Of a stretch of DNA of 64,000 nucleotides, positions 49,169 to 58,807 are shown one piece after another. The DNA lies in NCBI GenBank assembly GCA_043803945.1, contig JAZDJN010000091.1, positions 1-64,000 of the forward strand, written 5' to 3'. Within the stretch, counting starts at the first letter, position 1. Each line of letters begins with the position of its first letter. The position numbers and the translations under genes were made by a program. The notes beneath the pieces are model-generated. The model saw only the letters and a list, made by a program, of their open reading frames with translations, did not search any database and was not told the DNA's origin. The stretch comes from a bacterium (GTDB taxonomy: Bacteria; Bacteroidota; Ignavibacteria; UBA10030).

Positions 49169-49939
49169 CTACCCTTCTGTTTTCTTCTTTGGTTTGATAA
49201 TGAACACCACCACAAATATTCCGACTAAACCTAAAATAATGACCATGCTCACGCGGAGTACATTAAACGTGTACGTTCTCGCTTCTGGATCATAACTGAA
49301 GCAGAAGCTGAGTACTTTCGCGATCGTTGGTCCGACTTTTCCTTCGCCCGCCTCGATAACTGCCATCTTAATATCGAAGGGAAGATACTGAATGCCATTG
49401 ATATACCGTGTAATTTTCCCTTCCGGAGAGACGATGATGAGGACACCGGCGTGAACATAATTTTCACCGCTGCGCTGGAAATAAAATCCTGCTCCATCAG
49501 TGATGGTATAAATGTTGACACTATCACCGGTGAAGAATCTCCACCCATCCGGATTGACCGGTTTGCCAATGGCTTTCAGGTAATTCTCGCGTTTCTCTTT
49601 AGCGAGTTCCGGTTTCTCCCGATGATCGAATCCCACAGTGAGAATTTGATAGTCCTTCCCGAGCTCAAGATCGATTTTCGGGATGATCTTCGAAAGTTCT
49701 GTCATCAATGGATTACAAATCCCAGGACATCGATAGTACACGAATGTAAATATTGTCGGTTTATTGACAAACTGCCTCATCGTGGCAATATTCCCTGACT
49801 CATCATAGAATTCCACATCCAAAGGAATTTGTTGACCAAGTTTTTCAACAATTCCGATCGGAGGCCTCTGCTCCTGCTGAGCAAAACCGATGCTCACGGC
49901 CAGAGAAACGACAATCAGCAAACTCATCACTCGTGGCAT
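49169..49939 (-). CDS. SCO1/SenC family copper chaperone
   Basis: CPGIC (CxxxC) and conserved His; CFSYDP. Confidence 0.88.
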   Translation of the reverse strand: MPRVMSLLIVVSLAVSIGFAQQEQRPPIGIVEKLGQQIPLDVEFYDESGNIATMRQFVNKPTIFTFVYYRCPGICNPLMTELSKIIPKIDLELGKDYQILTVGFDHREKPELAKEKRENYLKAIGKPVNPDGWRFFTGDSVNIYTITDGAGFYFQRSGENYVHAGVLIIVSPEGKITRYINGIQYLPFDIKMAVIEAGEGKVGPTIAKVLSFCFSYDPEARTYTFNVLRVSMVIILGLVGIFVVVFIIKPKKKTEG

Positions 49940-49941
49940 AA

Positions 49942-50889
49942 TTATCCTTTTCGGATTTTCAATCCCGATACATATTGATAAAGCAAATTCCAATCGGTTG
50001 AAGAAAGTTGGAGCACTTCTCCATTAAATCCAAGTTGTACAGGATCTGCGGAGATAATTTTGATAAACCGATTGACCGTTGCCAATTCCTGTTCACTATG
50101 GACCAACATGGTGAAGATTCTCTTCTTATCCCGTGCAACTCGTCGAAAGAGCTCTGACCTTTTTTCCTGCAGGAGGCCATCTGAAGCAGAAGACAATCGA
50201 TCAATTACTTTACCATTATCTGAAAACTCCTGCTCAATAATTTGTGCGGCTTTTTTGACCGGGATCTGTCCCGGGATATTACTTCCTTTTGAAAGCTGAT
50301 AGGTTGTCTCAAGCGCTTGAATTTCTTGAGGAGAATCCTGAGGATGGCCATTCACAAAATTTCGGACATAATGAATCAATGCAAACCGGTCGTCCGGAGG
50401 AAGATAGTTGTACGATGCCATGCCATTCTTGACGATTCCCTCTTGCAGCGTTTTATAAATTTGCGATAGTTTGGATCCGTTTGTCCAACCTGTCAGTGTA
50501 TGAAAATTCCTGGGTCTCGGATTGAGCACGATACCAGCCGGCCCGTCTCCCATACCATTATCACCGTGGCACGATGCACAAGTAGTTTTGTAAAGATCCT
50601 TTCCTTTCGCAACCATCTGCGCTGATGAAACGCTTGCTTTCATCACATCGACAGGCGGCGATACTCGCGGACTCTGAAATGCGATATCCTGAACGAAGGC
50701 GGAAGAGTCTTTCAAAACAACCGGCAGAATTTTGTTCTTCCCTATCTGTGTGAGATTTTGGACATAGAGAATACCTAATCCCAGCAGAACGAGGAGAACA
50801 TAGAAATAGGAATAGCCGAATAACTTTACCGGCTTTCTCACCAGGTCGCGAAAATCGATTTCTGCTTTATATTCAGGTTTCTGATCCAT
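49942..50889 (-). CDS. Membrane-anchored monoheme cytochrome c
   Basis: One TM; CASCHG..G.GDGPAG...P.PRNF...M. Confidence 0.8.
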   Translation of the reverse strand: MDQKPEYKAEIDFRDLVRKPVKLFGYSYFYVLLVLLGLGILYVQNLTQIGKNKILPVVLKDSSAFVQDIAFQSPRVSPPVDVMKASVSSAQMVAKGKDLYKTTCASCHGDNGMGDGPAGIVLNPRPRNFHTLTGWTNGSKLSQIYKTLQEGIVKNGMASYNYLPPDDRFALIHYVRNFVNGHPQDSPQEIQALETTYQLSKGSNIPGQIPVKKAAQIIEQEFSDNGKVIDRLSSASDGLLQEKRSELFRRVARDKKRIFTMLVHSEQELATVNRFIKIISADPVQLGFNGEVLQLSSTDWNLLYQYVSGLKIRKG

Positions 50890-50904
50890 AGTTCCTTTTT
50901 ACCA

Positions 50905-52086
50905 TTACAGCCGAAAATCCAGGCCCCGTTGAAGCTTCGGATCACCGACAGGGACCAGATTATTTCTCTTGAGCTTGATTGAGAAGACAACCAGAATAAG
51001 GCCGATAAGGAGCACGGGGAATCCAAGTTCTATCCAACTAAAGACCGGGCTCGCGGAATAGGTCGGCATCACCAACCAGTAGAGATCGAAGAGATGAGCA
51101 AACAGTATCCAGAGTGCCATTATCCTTAATCGTTTCAGATCCATTTTGGAATTTTGTGTCAACAGCATAACATAAGGAACTGCAAATTGGACGATAATCA
51201 ATCCTACTGAGACATACTCCCAGCCGTTCTTCCATCGATTGATAAACCAGAATGTTTCCTCAGGCAGGTTGGCATACCAGATTAGCAGAAACTGGCTGAA
51301 GGCAATGTATGCCCAGAAATTCACAAAAGCGAACATCAATGCACCAAGACTGTAAAAGTGATCGCGTTTCAGTTTGGGGAAAAAACCATGCTCAGACAAT
51401 TGAACTATGGCAAATGTTGCGATGGCGACTGCGGCCAGAACTGTACCGGAAAAATAATAGATGCCATAGATTGTGGAGTACCAGTGAGGTTCGAGGCTCA
51501 TGGCCCAATCGATGGCCGTAACAGTCAATGTAATGGCAAAGACCGGAAGAAACACTGCCGCAAGTCTGACGTTCTTCGTTGTGAGTTGCTGGTCGCCGGT
51601 AGTATCCTGCTTTCTGGAGTTGCGGGTAAAAGCAATATAGAACAACGACCACAAGACAAACACAGCAATGAAGCGGATAAGAAAGAACTGAAAATTCAGA
51701 TAAGGCGCTTTTGCCTGCAGTAATACATCGGCAGAGACAGCATCTTCATGGGTCCAATGGTACAGCTCGTGCATATTGAATAAGAGTGGAATGGCAAGGA
51801 ACGGTACAACAAACGTCAGTGCACCGAGGAATTCGTTCACGCGCCGCATCGGAACGCTCCAGACTGCACCGGCAATGTACTCAAGTGCAACAAGGAAGAT
51901 CGCGCCACCGGCGATACTGGCGAGGAAGAGAAATGAAATGATAGTATTAAACGCACTTCGCTTCGCATCGATAGCATAACCGCCAATCCAGATTAGAAGC
52001 CCAAATGCCAGGAGCACCCATCCTATGCGAGTGACGCTGGCAGGCAGCTCTTTTTTCAATTCATCAAAAGAGGTGTGGCTGCTCAT
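50905..52086 (-). CDS. actF: Alternative complex III subunit ActF
   Basis: DWAMSLEPHWYST and QFLLIWYANLPEET motifs. Confidence 0.88.
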   Translation of the reverse strand: MSSHTSFDELKKELPASVTRIGWVLLAFGLLIWIGGYAIDAKRSAFNTIISFLFLASIAGGAIFLVALEYIAGAVWSVPMRRVNEFLGALTFVVPFLAIPLLFNMHELYHWTHEDAVSADVLLQAKAPYLNFQFFLIRFIAVFVLWSLFYIAFTRNSRKQDTTGDQQLTTKNVRLAAVFLPVFAITLTVTAIDWAMSLEPHWYSTIYGIYYFSGTVLAAVAIATFAIVQLSEHGFFPKLKRDHFYSLGALMFAFVNFWAYIAFSQFLLIWYANLPEETFWFINRWKNGWEYVSVGLIIVQFAVPYVMLLTQNSKMDLKRLRIMALWILFAHLFDLYWLVMPTYSASPVFSWIELGFPVLLIGLILVVFSIKLKRNNLVPVGDPKLQRGLDFRL

Positions 52087-53222
52087 TGAAAATCGGACTC
52101 CTTTGCATTGTGTGCACGCTGTAATACCCTGATGTAGTGAACTATCGCCCACCGGTCATCCCGCGAAATTTGTGATGCATAGGAAGGCATTATGTTCTGG
52201 CCTTCTGTGATCACGTGATAGACATTTCCATCCGGCCAGTTTCGAACTTTGTCGGAATGAAGGGTTGGAGGATTTGGAAATTGCCCCGCCAACCGGCTGT
52301 CGCCCGTACCAAAATTGCCATGACATGGACTGCAATAGGTGAGGAACCTCTCTTTACCGCGCATCAGAACCTGTTTTGTAGGACCCAGCGGATTGATCAG
52401 TAACTTTCCGGCATCGTCGGGTTTTCCCTTGAAGGCGTAAGGAATGAAACTACGGGCGACAGTACCATCTACCGGCGGACGCATGCCAATGCCATCCTTG
52501 AATAGTTCACTCGATCGCTGAGCTTTTTGTTTTTCCTGAGTCATCATCCATGAGAACGGTTCCATATACACCAGCTTGTTCAATGTAAAATATCCGGCTG
52601 CGCTGACAACCAGTGCGGTAACTGCAAGAACTCCCAAAAACCTTAGATCGAAGATCCGCTGACCATGGTTCATCTCCTCGAGATCGAAATAGACGGGAGT
52701 GATTTCTTTGGAACCCAATGATTTGAAGAGAGCATCAATTTCCTTTTGATTGAATTTCGGATCCTCGGCTTCGATATAGATCCCAAATCGATTGGCAGAA
52801 ACCCGCTTCATATAGGGAGTATCATGAAGCGGATGGGTATTGTTCGGAAATTTAAAGTAAAGCACAATCATTGTGACAGTCGATAGAACAGAGGCAAGGA
52901 GAACCGTCAGCTCGAATGAGATTGGGACAAACGCGGGCCATGACCAGAATGGCTTGCCGCCAATGACGAGCGGATAATCCTGCAGCGTCACCCAACTGAT
53001 AAACGAAATGGCTGTCAGTGCACCCATAGCACCGAATACCAATGCAAAATATCCGAGCTTCGACGGTTTGCTTTTCATCGCCAGATCCATCCCATGGAGA
53101 GGATAGGGCGTGTTGACATCGAAGCGCGAATAACCGGCACTGCTCACCGCCTCAGCCGCATGAGTGATCTCATCGGGAGTATCGAACAATGCCGTTATTG
53201 CATAGAGTGGATTTTCGTTCAT
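52083..53222 (-). CDS. Fused ActD (DUF3341)-ActE (cytochrome c)
   Basis: N-half TPYPLHG...IGGKP...FELTVL; C-half MRPPV.GTV.R...CSPCHG...MPSYA.QI...DRWAIV.Y. Confidence 0.85.
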   Translation of the reverse strand: MNENPLYAITALFDTPDEITHAAEAVSSAGYSRFDVNTPYPLHGMDLAMKSKPSKLGYFALVFGAMGALTAISFISWVTLQDYPLVIGGKPFWSWPAFVPISFELTVLLASVLSTVTMIVLYFKFPNNTHPLHDTPYMKRVSANRFGIYIEAEDPKFNQKEIDALFKSLGSKEITPVYFDLEEMNHGQRIFDLRFLGVLAVTALVVSAAGYFTLNKLVYMEPFSWMMTQEKQKAQRSSELFKDGIGMRPPVDGTVARSFIPYAFKGKPDDAGKLLINPLGPTKQVLMRGKERFLTYCSPCHGNFGTGDSRLAGQFPNPPTLHSDKVRNWPDGNVYHVITEGQNIMPSYASQISRDDRWAIVHYIRVLQRAHNAKESDFQ

Positions 53223-53237
53223 ACAATCTGCACTCGA

Positions 53238-54608
53238 CTAATGTTTGCCTGGTTGCGCATTCGGTATCACTGCTTTCATTTCGGCAATCGAGACTGCCGG
53301 CAGGAAGCGGACAAAGAGCAACACGAGCGTGAAGAATAAACCAAATCCCAGCAGGAGAATTCCAAAGTCAAAAATTGTCGGTGTAAAATGCCCCCAGCTT
53401 GAAGGAAGAAAATCACGGGAGAGCGTTGTCACAATAATCACATACCGCTCGAACCACATCCCGACATTCACAAGTATGCCGATGATGAACATTAGCGGAA
53501 TATTGGTACGGATTTTTTTGAACCAGAACAACTGAGGAAAGATTACATTACAGGAGACCATCGTCCAGTATGCCCATGCATAAGGGCCAAGGGCCCTGTT
53601 TAAAAAGACAAATCGTTCAAATTGACTGCCGCTGTACCAGGCAATGAAAAATTCCATCGCATACGCATAGCCGACCATGCTCCCTGTCAGGAGAATTACT
53701 TTGTTCATGTTCTCAAGGTGACGGAGTGTAATGATCGGCTCCAGCTTGAAATACTTTCTTACAAAGATGAGAACGTTCTGGACCATCGCAAATCCGGAAA
53801 AGACTGCACCTGCAACAAAGTATGGCGGGAAGATTGTGGCATGCCATCCGGGATTCACAGAGACTGCAAAATCGAAACTGACGATGGTATGAACAGAAAG
53901 AACGAGTGGTGTTGCGAACCCGGCAAGGATGAGATACATCTTCTCGTAATGGCTCCAGTGACGATTTGAAAATCGCCAGCCGAGGCTCAGTACAGAATAA
54001 GCCAGTTTTTTATATTTACTCGTCGTTCGATCGCGCAGCGTCGCAAAATCCGGGATCAAGCCAAGATACCAGAATACGAGCGACACCGTGAAGTAGGTTG
54101 AGACTGCGAAGACATCCCACACAAGGGGTGACATGAAATTCACCCAGAGGGAATGTTGATTCGGATAGGGCATTAGGTACCCTGCCAGCCATGGGCGGCC
54201 CAGATGGGCAACCGTAACAAACATTCCGGCGCATATAACTGCAAAAATAGTCATTGCTTCCGCAAACCGCGCTATCGCATTTCGCCACCGCTGGCGCATC
54301 AAAAAAAGAATCGCTGAGATTAATGTGCCGGCATGACCAATGCCAACCCAGAAGACGAAATTTGTCACATCGAATGCCCATGCTACTGGTTGGTTGAATC
54401 CAAGAAGTCCTATGCCCTGGAAGAGCAGGAGCGTCACAGTTCCAAGCCCGACAGCGAGGAGTGTCAGGGCTACACCAAATGCGATCCACCACCGTCTGGA
54501 GGGGAAGCGGTCGAGAGGAGCAGAAATAGCTGCGTCGAGATGTGCAGCCTCAACTGTTCCAACAGTAATCTCAGGCTCATGACGATAATCGACTGCCGTC
54601 AGGCTCAA
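53238..54608 (-). CDS. actC: Alternative complex III subunit ActC (NrfD-like)
   Basis: [29 protein letters not shown] and PLVLSVH motifs. Confidence 0.92.
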   Translation of the reverse strand: MSLTAVDYRHEPEITVGTVEAAHLDAAISAPLDRFPSRRWWIAFGVALTLLAVGLGTVTLLLFQGIGLLGFNQPVAWAFDVTNFVFWVGIGHAGTLISAILFLMRQRWRNAIARFAEAMTIFAVICAGMFVTVAHLGRPWLAGYLMPYPNQHSLWVNFMSPLVWDVFAVSTYFTVSLVFWYLGLIPDFATLRDRTTSKYKKLAYSVLSLGWRFSNRHWSHYEKMYLILAGFATPLVLSVHTIVSFDFAVSVNPGWHATIFPPYFVAGAVFSGFAMVQNVLIFVRKYFKLEPIITLRHLENMNKVILLTGSMVGYAYAMEFFIAWYSGSQFERFVFLNRALGPYAWAYWTMVSCNVIFPQLFWFKKIRTNIPLMFIIGILVNVGMWFERYVIIVTTLSRDFLPSSWGHFTPTIFDFGILLLGFGLFFTLVLLFVRFLPAVSIAEMKAVIPNAQPGKH

Positions 54609-57600
54609 GCGACATTCTCCGATTCAATGTTTCGTAATTTTGCAAGATAGGTAACGTTCGGCCTGGCATTCGTTTCTTCAAGAATATGATATCCCAGCTT
54701 ATGCTTTCGATAATGCGACACCTCAGATTGAGGATCGTTCATATCGCCAAAGACAATCGCTGTAGCCGGACATGCATCCTGGCAGGCGGTTCTAACCTCG
54801 CTCCCCTTCAGTTCACGCCCCTGCTCGGCAGCATGTTGACGAGTCTCCATGATTCGCTGTACACAGAATGTACATTTCTCCATCACTCCCCGCGACCGCA
54901 CTGTCACTTCCGGATTATGCATTAGATTTATCGGCTGCTGCTCATAATATCCCTCTGCCAGATGATCACGCCAGTTAAAGAAATTATAGCGGCGGACTTT
55001 GAAGGGACAGTTGTTTGAACAGTATTTCGTTCCCACGCAGCGGTTGTAGACCATTTGGTTCAAACCATCGGGGCTATGATTCGTCGCAACAACCGGGCAG
55101 ACATTTTCGCATGGAGCGTTATCACAGTGCTGGCACAACATCGGCTGTTGGCTCAGCGATGGTTGATCGGCAGAGCCGGCATAATACCGGTCAATCCGAA
55201 TCCAATGCATCTCACGCCCATTCTTAACCTGCTCCTTGCCAACCACTGGAATATTGTTTTCAACATTACAGCCCGCCACACAAGCATTGCAGCCGATGCA
55301 TTTATTCAGGTCTATCGCCATCGCCCATTTCAGACCATGGTATTCCACTTCCTTAGTGATGCTCGGGAGCTCTTTCTTGCGGTGATGGAGAAAGTTCTGA
55401 TCTTTCTCAAATTGTTTTATCGTTCCTTCGCGGATGATTTCGCGCTTCAGATGCAGTTCTTTGACAAATTCATCATCCAGCGAGTGATGCTCCTGAGTTG
55501 AAACGAGCTCGTGTTGGCCTGTCCTCTTATTCACCCGGGCCCCGGAAAAATATCTTGCTCCTGTGAGCGATTCAGCCGAAAGCAGCGCTTGTGCATCAAA
55601 ACCCACTTCGGTTCCTATTGGCCCGGCATTGGTCCTGCCATAGCCCAATTCGATAGTGATCGTCTGATCAGCCTGGCCGGGCTGGATGAATACCGGAAGC
55701 GAAAGCGATCCATGTGGCAGTGTAATCTCGATGAGATCATTAATTTCGACACCCAATTCTTTTGCCGTGCCGGAAGAAATGGCTGCATAATTATCCCAGA
55801 CAATCTTCGAGACGGGATGGGGAAGTTCCTGCAGCCAGCCATTGTTGGCATAGCGTCCATCGCCAATGTAATAGTTTTCTACAAGAGCGACGGTATAGCC
55901 GCTCGCCGAATTCAGAGTGAGCGCATTGAATGCCTCCATCTTGAATTTCAGAGAAGGCTGCTGAAGATCTTCTGCCTTGAAGGCACCATCATGAAGCGAT
56001 GCAAACCAGAACGCTTGAAAATCCACTGGTCTGTTGAACGCGGGATAAAGTTTTTTCTCCCAATGAGATTTCAGATATTCATGATACAGTGCCTCTTTAT
56101 AACTATCCTTTCCACTCATCCACGTGAGCAGGACCGTTTCTTTCTGTCGTGTTTCATAAAGCGGGGCAATGACCGGCTGCTGGAACGAATAAACGCCGCG
56201 CCTCACCTCGTAATCACCCCAGGATTCGAGCGTGTGGTTCACCGGCAATACATACGTGCAGTGTCTTGATGTCTCATCGTCTGCCTCAACAAGGCTGATG
56301 CTGACAGGAACGGATTTCAATGCCTCTTCGTACCCTAAAGACTTTGGGAGATGATAAACTGGATTGGTGTCAACATGGATTACTATGCCAACTTCTCCTG
56401 CTTTCATTCTGCCTATCAAATCATCGAATTCTTTTGGAGACGTGAGATCGCCGAAAGAGACCGAGCGAGATGAGGAGTAGAGTTTCCCATTGCCAAGAAG
56501 CTCGTTGAGGTAAATCACGGCGATATGCACTTCAGCAGGAAGAATGTCTCCAGCCCAAACCATCGACGAACCAGCATGCACCAGGAGATCGTTGACCAGC
56601 CGGTCTGCCGCTTCTTTTGAGAGAGAATACTTCTCTGCGATGCGCGAGAGTGTGAGTGTTGTAGGCCATTGCTTCGAAGAAACCGGCAGCTTCCCTTTGC
56701 TTTGCCTTCCTACAATCTCGTTAATCAGGGCAATCACAAATTCAAGCTGCGCATCGGGCCGTAAGCGCATCCGATAATCGGCATTTGCGCCTGTCAGGCT
56801 CATCCGGCTTTCGATCACATAGAGCCGGTTTAACTCCTTTGACTTCATGATATCGCGGCTATCGGTGAATCGGCGGATTTGGTCGAGCGAATCTCCTTCT
56901 GTCCCAAGGAAGTCTGATTCCAATGCCAACACGACCTTTGCATTCTCCCACTCCACAACGGGTATTTCCGTAGTGGCATAGGACTGCACCCAGGCCTGTC
57001 GCCGTGTGGCATTATTATGAAGTGCATAGGTATAGAGACGCGTGGCAGGATATTTTTTTCTGAATTCTTCCAGCAAGTTTGCAGCGGTCGGCGATTGGAG
57101 TGGATGAGAAATAAGAGCAATCTCTTTTTTCGCTGTACTGCATTGCTCAAGCGATTTTACAATTTCGGCATCGGCCTGCTTCCAACTCAGGTGGCCCGTC
57201 TTTCCTGATGAGGTTCCAAATTGCGGTTCTCGTAATCGCACGGGATCATAGAGATTGAGAATGCTCGCCTGCCCCTTGGCACAGATCTTACCACGATTGA
57301 TAGGATGGTCAGGATTACCATCAATTTTTATTGGCCTGCCCTCCCGGGTCTTCACAAGAATTCCGCATGATTGCGAGCAGCCATCGCATGTCGAGGCGTA
57401 ATAATTTGCAGCGCCCGGAGTCACTTCTTCCGGTTTTTTATTGTACGGTACGATTTCACCGCGATCGTTATAACTGCTGCATCCGGCCGATGTGAATGCC
57501 GCTGAAGCTGTCAGGAGAGCCAGAAACTGTTTACGGGATAACGAGGAAACCTGTGAAAGGTCGAACTCATCCGTCACGCCGGCCATAAATTCATTTGCCT

Positions 57601-57670
57601 TTTCAGCACTGACCGATTTGCCGTCGTATAATTCGCGGAGACTCTTCCAGTATTTCGATTCATAAGACAT
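54605..57670 (-). CDS. actB: Alternative complex III subunit ActB (molybdopterin-oxidoreductase-like + Fe-S)
   Basis: [42 protein letters not shown] and [10 protein letters not shown] motifs. Start set at MSYESKYW. Confidence 0.92.
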   Translation of the reverse strand: MSYESKYWKSLRELYDGKSVSAEKANEFMAGVTDEFDLSQVSSLSRKQFLALLTASAAFTSAGCSSYNDRGEIVPYNKKPEEVTPGAANYYASTCDGCSQSCGILVKTREGRPIKIDGNPDHPINRGKICAKGQASILNLYDPVRLREPQFGTSSGKTGHLSWKQADAEIVKSLEQCSTAKKEIALISHPLQSPTAANLLEEFRKKYPATRLYTYALHNNATRRQAWVQSYATTEIPVVEWENAKVVLALESDFLGTEGDSLDQIRRFTDSRDIMKSKELNRLYVIESRMSLTGANADYRMRLRPDAQLEFVIALINEIVGRQSKGKLPVSSKQWPTTLTLSRIAEKYSLSKEAADRLVNDLLVHAGSSMVWAGDILPAEVHIAVIYLNELLGNGKLYSSSRSVSFGDLTSPKEFDDLIGRMKAGEVGIVIHVDTNPVYHLPKSLGYEEALKSVPVSISLVEADDETSRHCTYVLPVNHTLESWGDYEVRRGVYSFQQPVIAPLYETRQKETVLLTWMSGKDSYKEALYHEYLKSHWEKKLYPAFNRPVDFQAFWFASLHDGAFKAEDLQQPSLKFKMEAFNALTLNSASGYTVALVENYYIGDGRYANNGWLQELPHPVSKIVWDNYAAISSGTAKELGVEINDLIEITLPHGSLSLPVFIQPGQADQTITIELGYGRTNAGPIGTEVGFDAQALLSAESLTGARYFSGARVNKRTGQHELVSTQEHHSLDDEFVKELHLKREIIREGTIKQFEKDQNFLHHRKKELPSITKEVEYHGLKWAMAIDLNKCIGCNACVAGCNVENNIPVVGKEQVKNGREMHWIRIDRYYAGSADQPSLSQQPMLCQHCDNAPCENVCPVVATNHSPDGLNQMVYNRCVGTKYCSNNCPFKVRRYNFFNWRDHLAEGYYEQQPINLMHNPEVTVRSRGVMEKCTFCVQRIMETRQHAAEQGRELKGSEVRTACQDACPATAIVFGDMNDPQSEVSHYRKHKLGYHILEETNARPNVTYLAKLRNIESENVA

Positions 57671-57878
57671 TCGACTTCGAACTTTCTTTCGTCCTTGAGA
57701 TAGCCATCGGGTGCGTTGAGATGGTAATCGATTTCTCTTCTGAGGCCGTGCCGCGCCGGAACGATCCAATGGATCGTAACAGATTCCCTCCGAACATGCC
57801 TCCGCCGAGAGCGGTAGCCAGTTGGAGGAAAAATGTCCTTCGATTCTTTATAGTCTCCACCTTTTCGATCTTCTTCAC
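57660..57878 (-). CDS. Small hypothetical protein with twin-arginine-like motif
   Basis: GTG start after a purine-rich RBS; NRRTFF followed by a hydrophobic stretch; fills the actA-actB gap. Confidence 0.5.
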   Translation of the reverse strand: MKKIEKVETIKNRRTFFLQLATALGGGMFGGNLLRSIGSFRRGTASEEKSITISTHPMAISRTKESSKSNVL

Positions 57879-57891
57879 CTCTCTTTACTCC

Positions 57892-58461
57892 TTACCGATG
57901 GCATGCTGCACAGTGTTCGGGTCCAACTTTAATCCCGGAGATATGGGCAAGTTGTTTTGGTGCCGTCCGATGGCACTCCAAACAAGCTCCCATCGTAAAT
58001 TTCGAGACTTGACTCACGACATCCATTGCCTCAATTGTTCCATGGCAATTGACACAATCGATGCCCTTGTTGACATGCACGCTATGATTGAAGTAGGCAT
58101 AATCCGGTACTTTGTGGACTCGCTTCCACGGAAGTGCGACTCCCTCTTCAAAGTACTTCGTCAATTTAACTATTTCCGGCCGGTTCTTACGGGCAACAGA
58201 GTGGCAATTCATACAGATAGAGACCGCGGGCACACTTGCATGGGGCGAGGAGGTGGCTGCCGTATGACAATATTTGCAGTCAATGCGCATCGTTCCCGCG
58301 TGCAATTTATGGGAAAAGGCGATTGGCTGCACCGGGGCAAAGCCGACACCATCACGCTCAGCACGGGAAATAAAATAGGTTGCCAGAAATGATGCGGCAG
58401 CGACAAAAAGGACGATCGGTAATCTTATGCGTAGTGTATAGTCGAGTAGAGATTTTTTCAT
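57892..58461 (-). CDS. actA: Alternative complex III pentaheme cytochrome c ActA
   Basis: Five CxxCH motifs (CKYCH, CMNCH, CVNCH, CLECH, CAACH); QPIAFSH.LHAG. Confidence 0.92.
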   Translation of the reverse strand: MKKSLLDYTLRIRLPIVLFVAAASFLATYFISRAERDGVGFAPVQPIAFSHKLHAGTMRIDCKYCHTAATSSPHASVPAVSICMNCHSVARKNRPEIVKLTKYFEEGVALPWKRVHKVPDYAYFNHSVHVNKGIDCVNCHGTIEAMDVVSQVSKFTMGACLECHRTAPKQLAHISGIKVGPEHCAACHR

Positions 58462-58500
58462 TCCAAGATCAGAGTGAAACGATGATATCGTTCAATTTCC

Positions 58501-58516
58501 CCAAAACGTGTGCCAA
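58501..58516 (-). promoter_or_regulatory. Putative sigma54-type promoter of the act-cox operon
   Basis: TTGGCAC-N5-TTGG, ~40 nt upstream of actA. Confidence 0.4.
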
Positions 58517-58807
58517 TGTTAAGAAATCTTCTTCTTCGACGCAATCATTTATCGAAGCATTTCTTCTGCACTTTTCAACAGAACATCAGATTTATTTGTT
58601 CCAATCAGTTCAGGGACAAAACAGAATTTATCGATCCTCAGGAAATAATCTTCCCGCTTTCACTATCATGCAATTGTTCCTCCTATTCCATTACCCAAAC
58701 GTTTCCATGGTTAAAGTTCAATCATCAAACAAGCGCTGACTTTTCTTTTCTCCCAACAAATCGTATTATTACTCAATGCTACTCTATCACAACAAGTTCC
58801 TCTCAGA

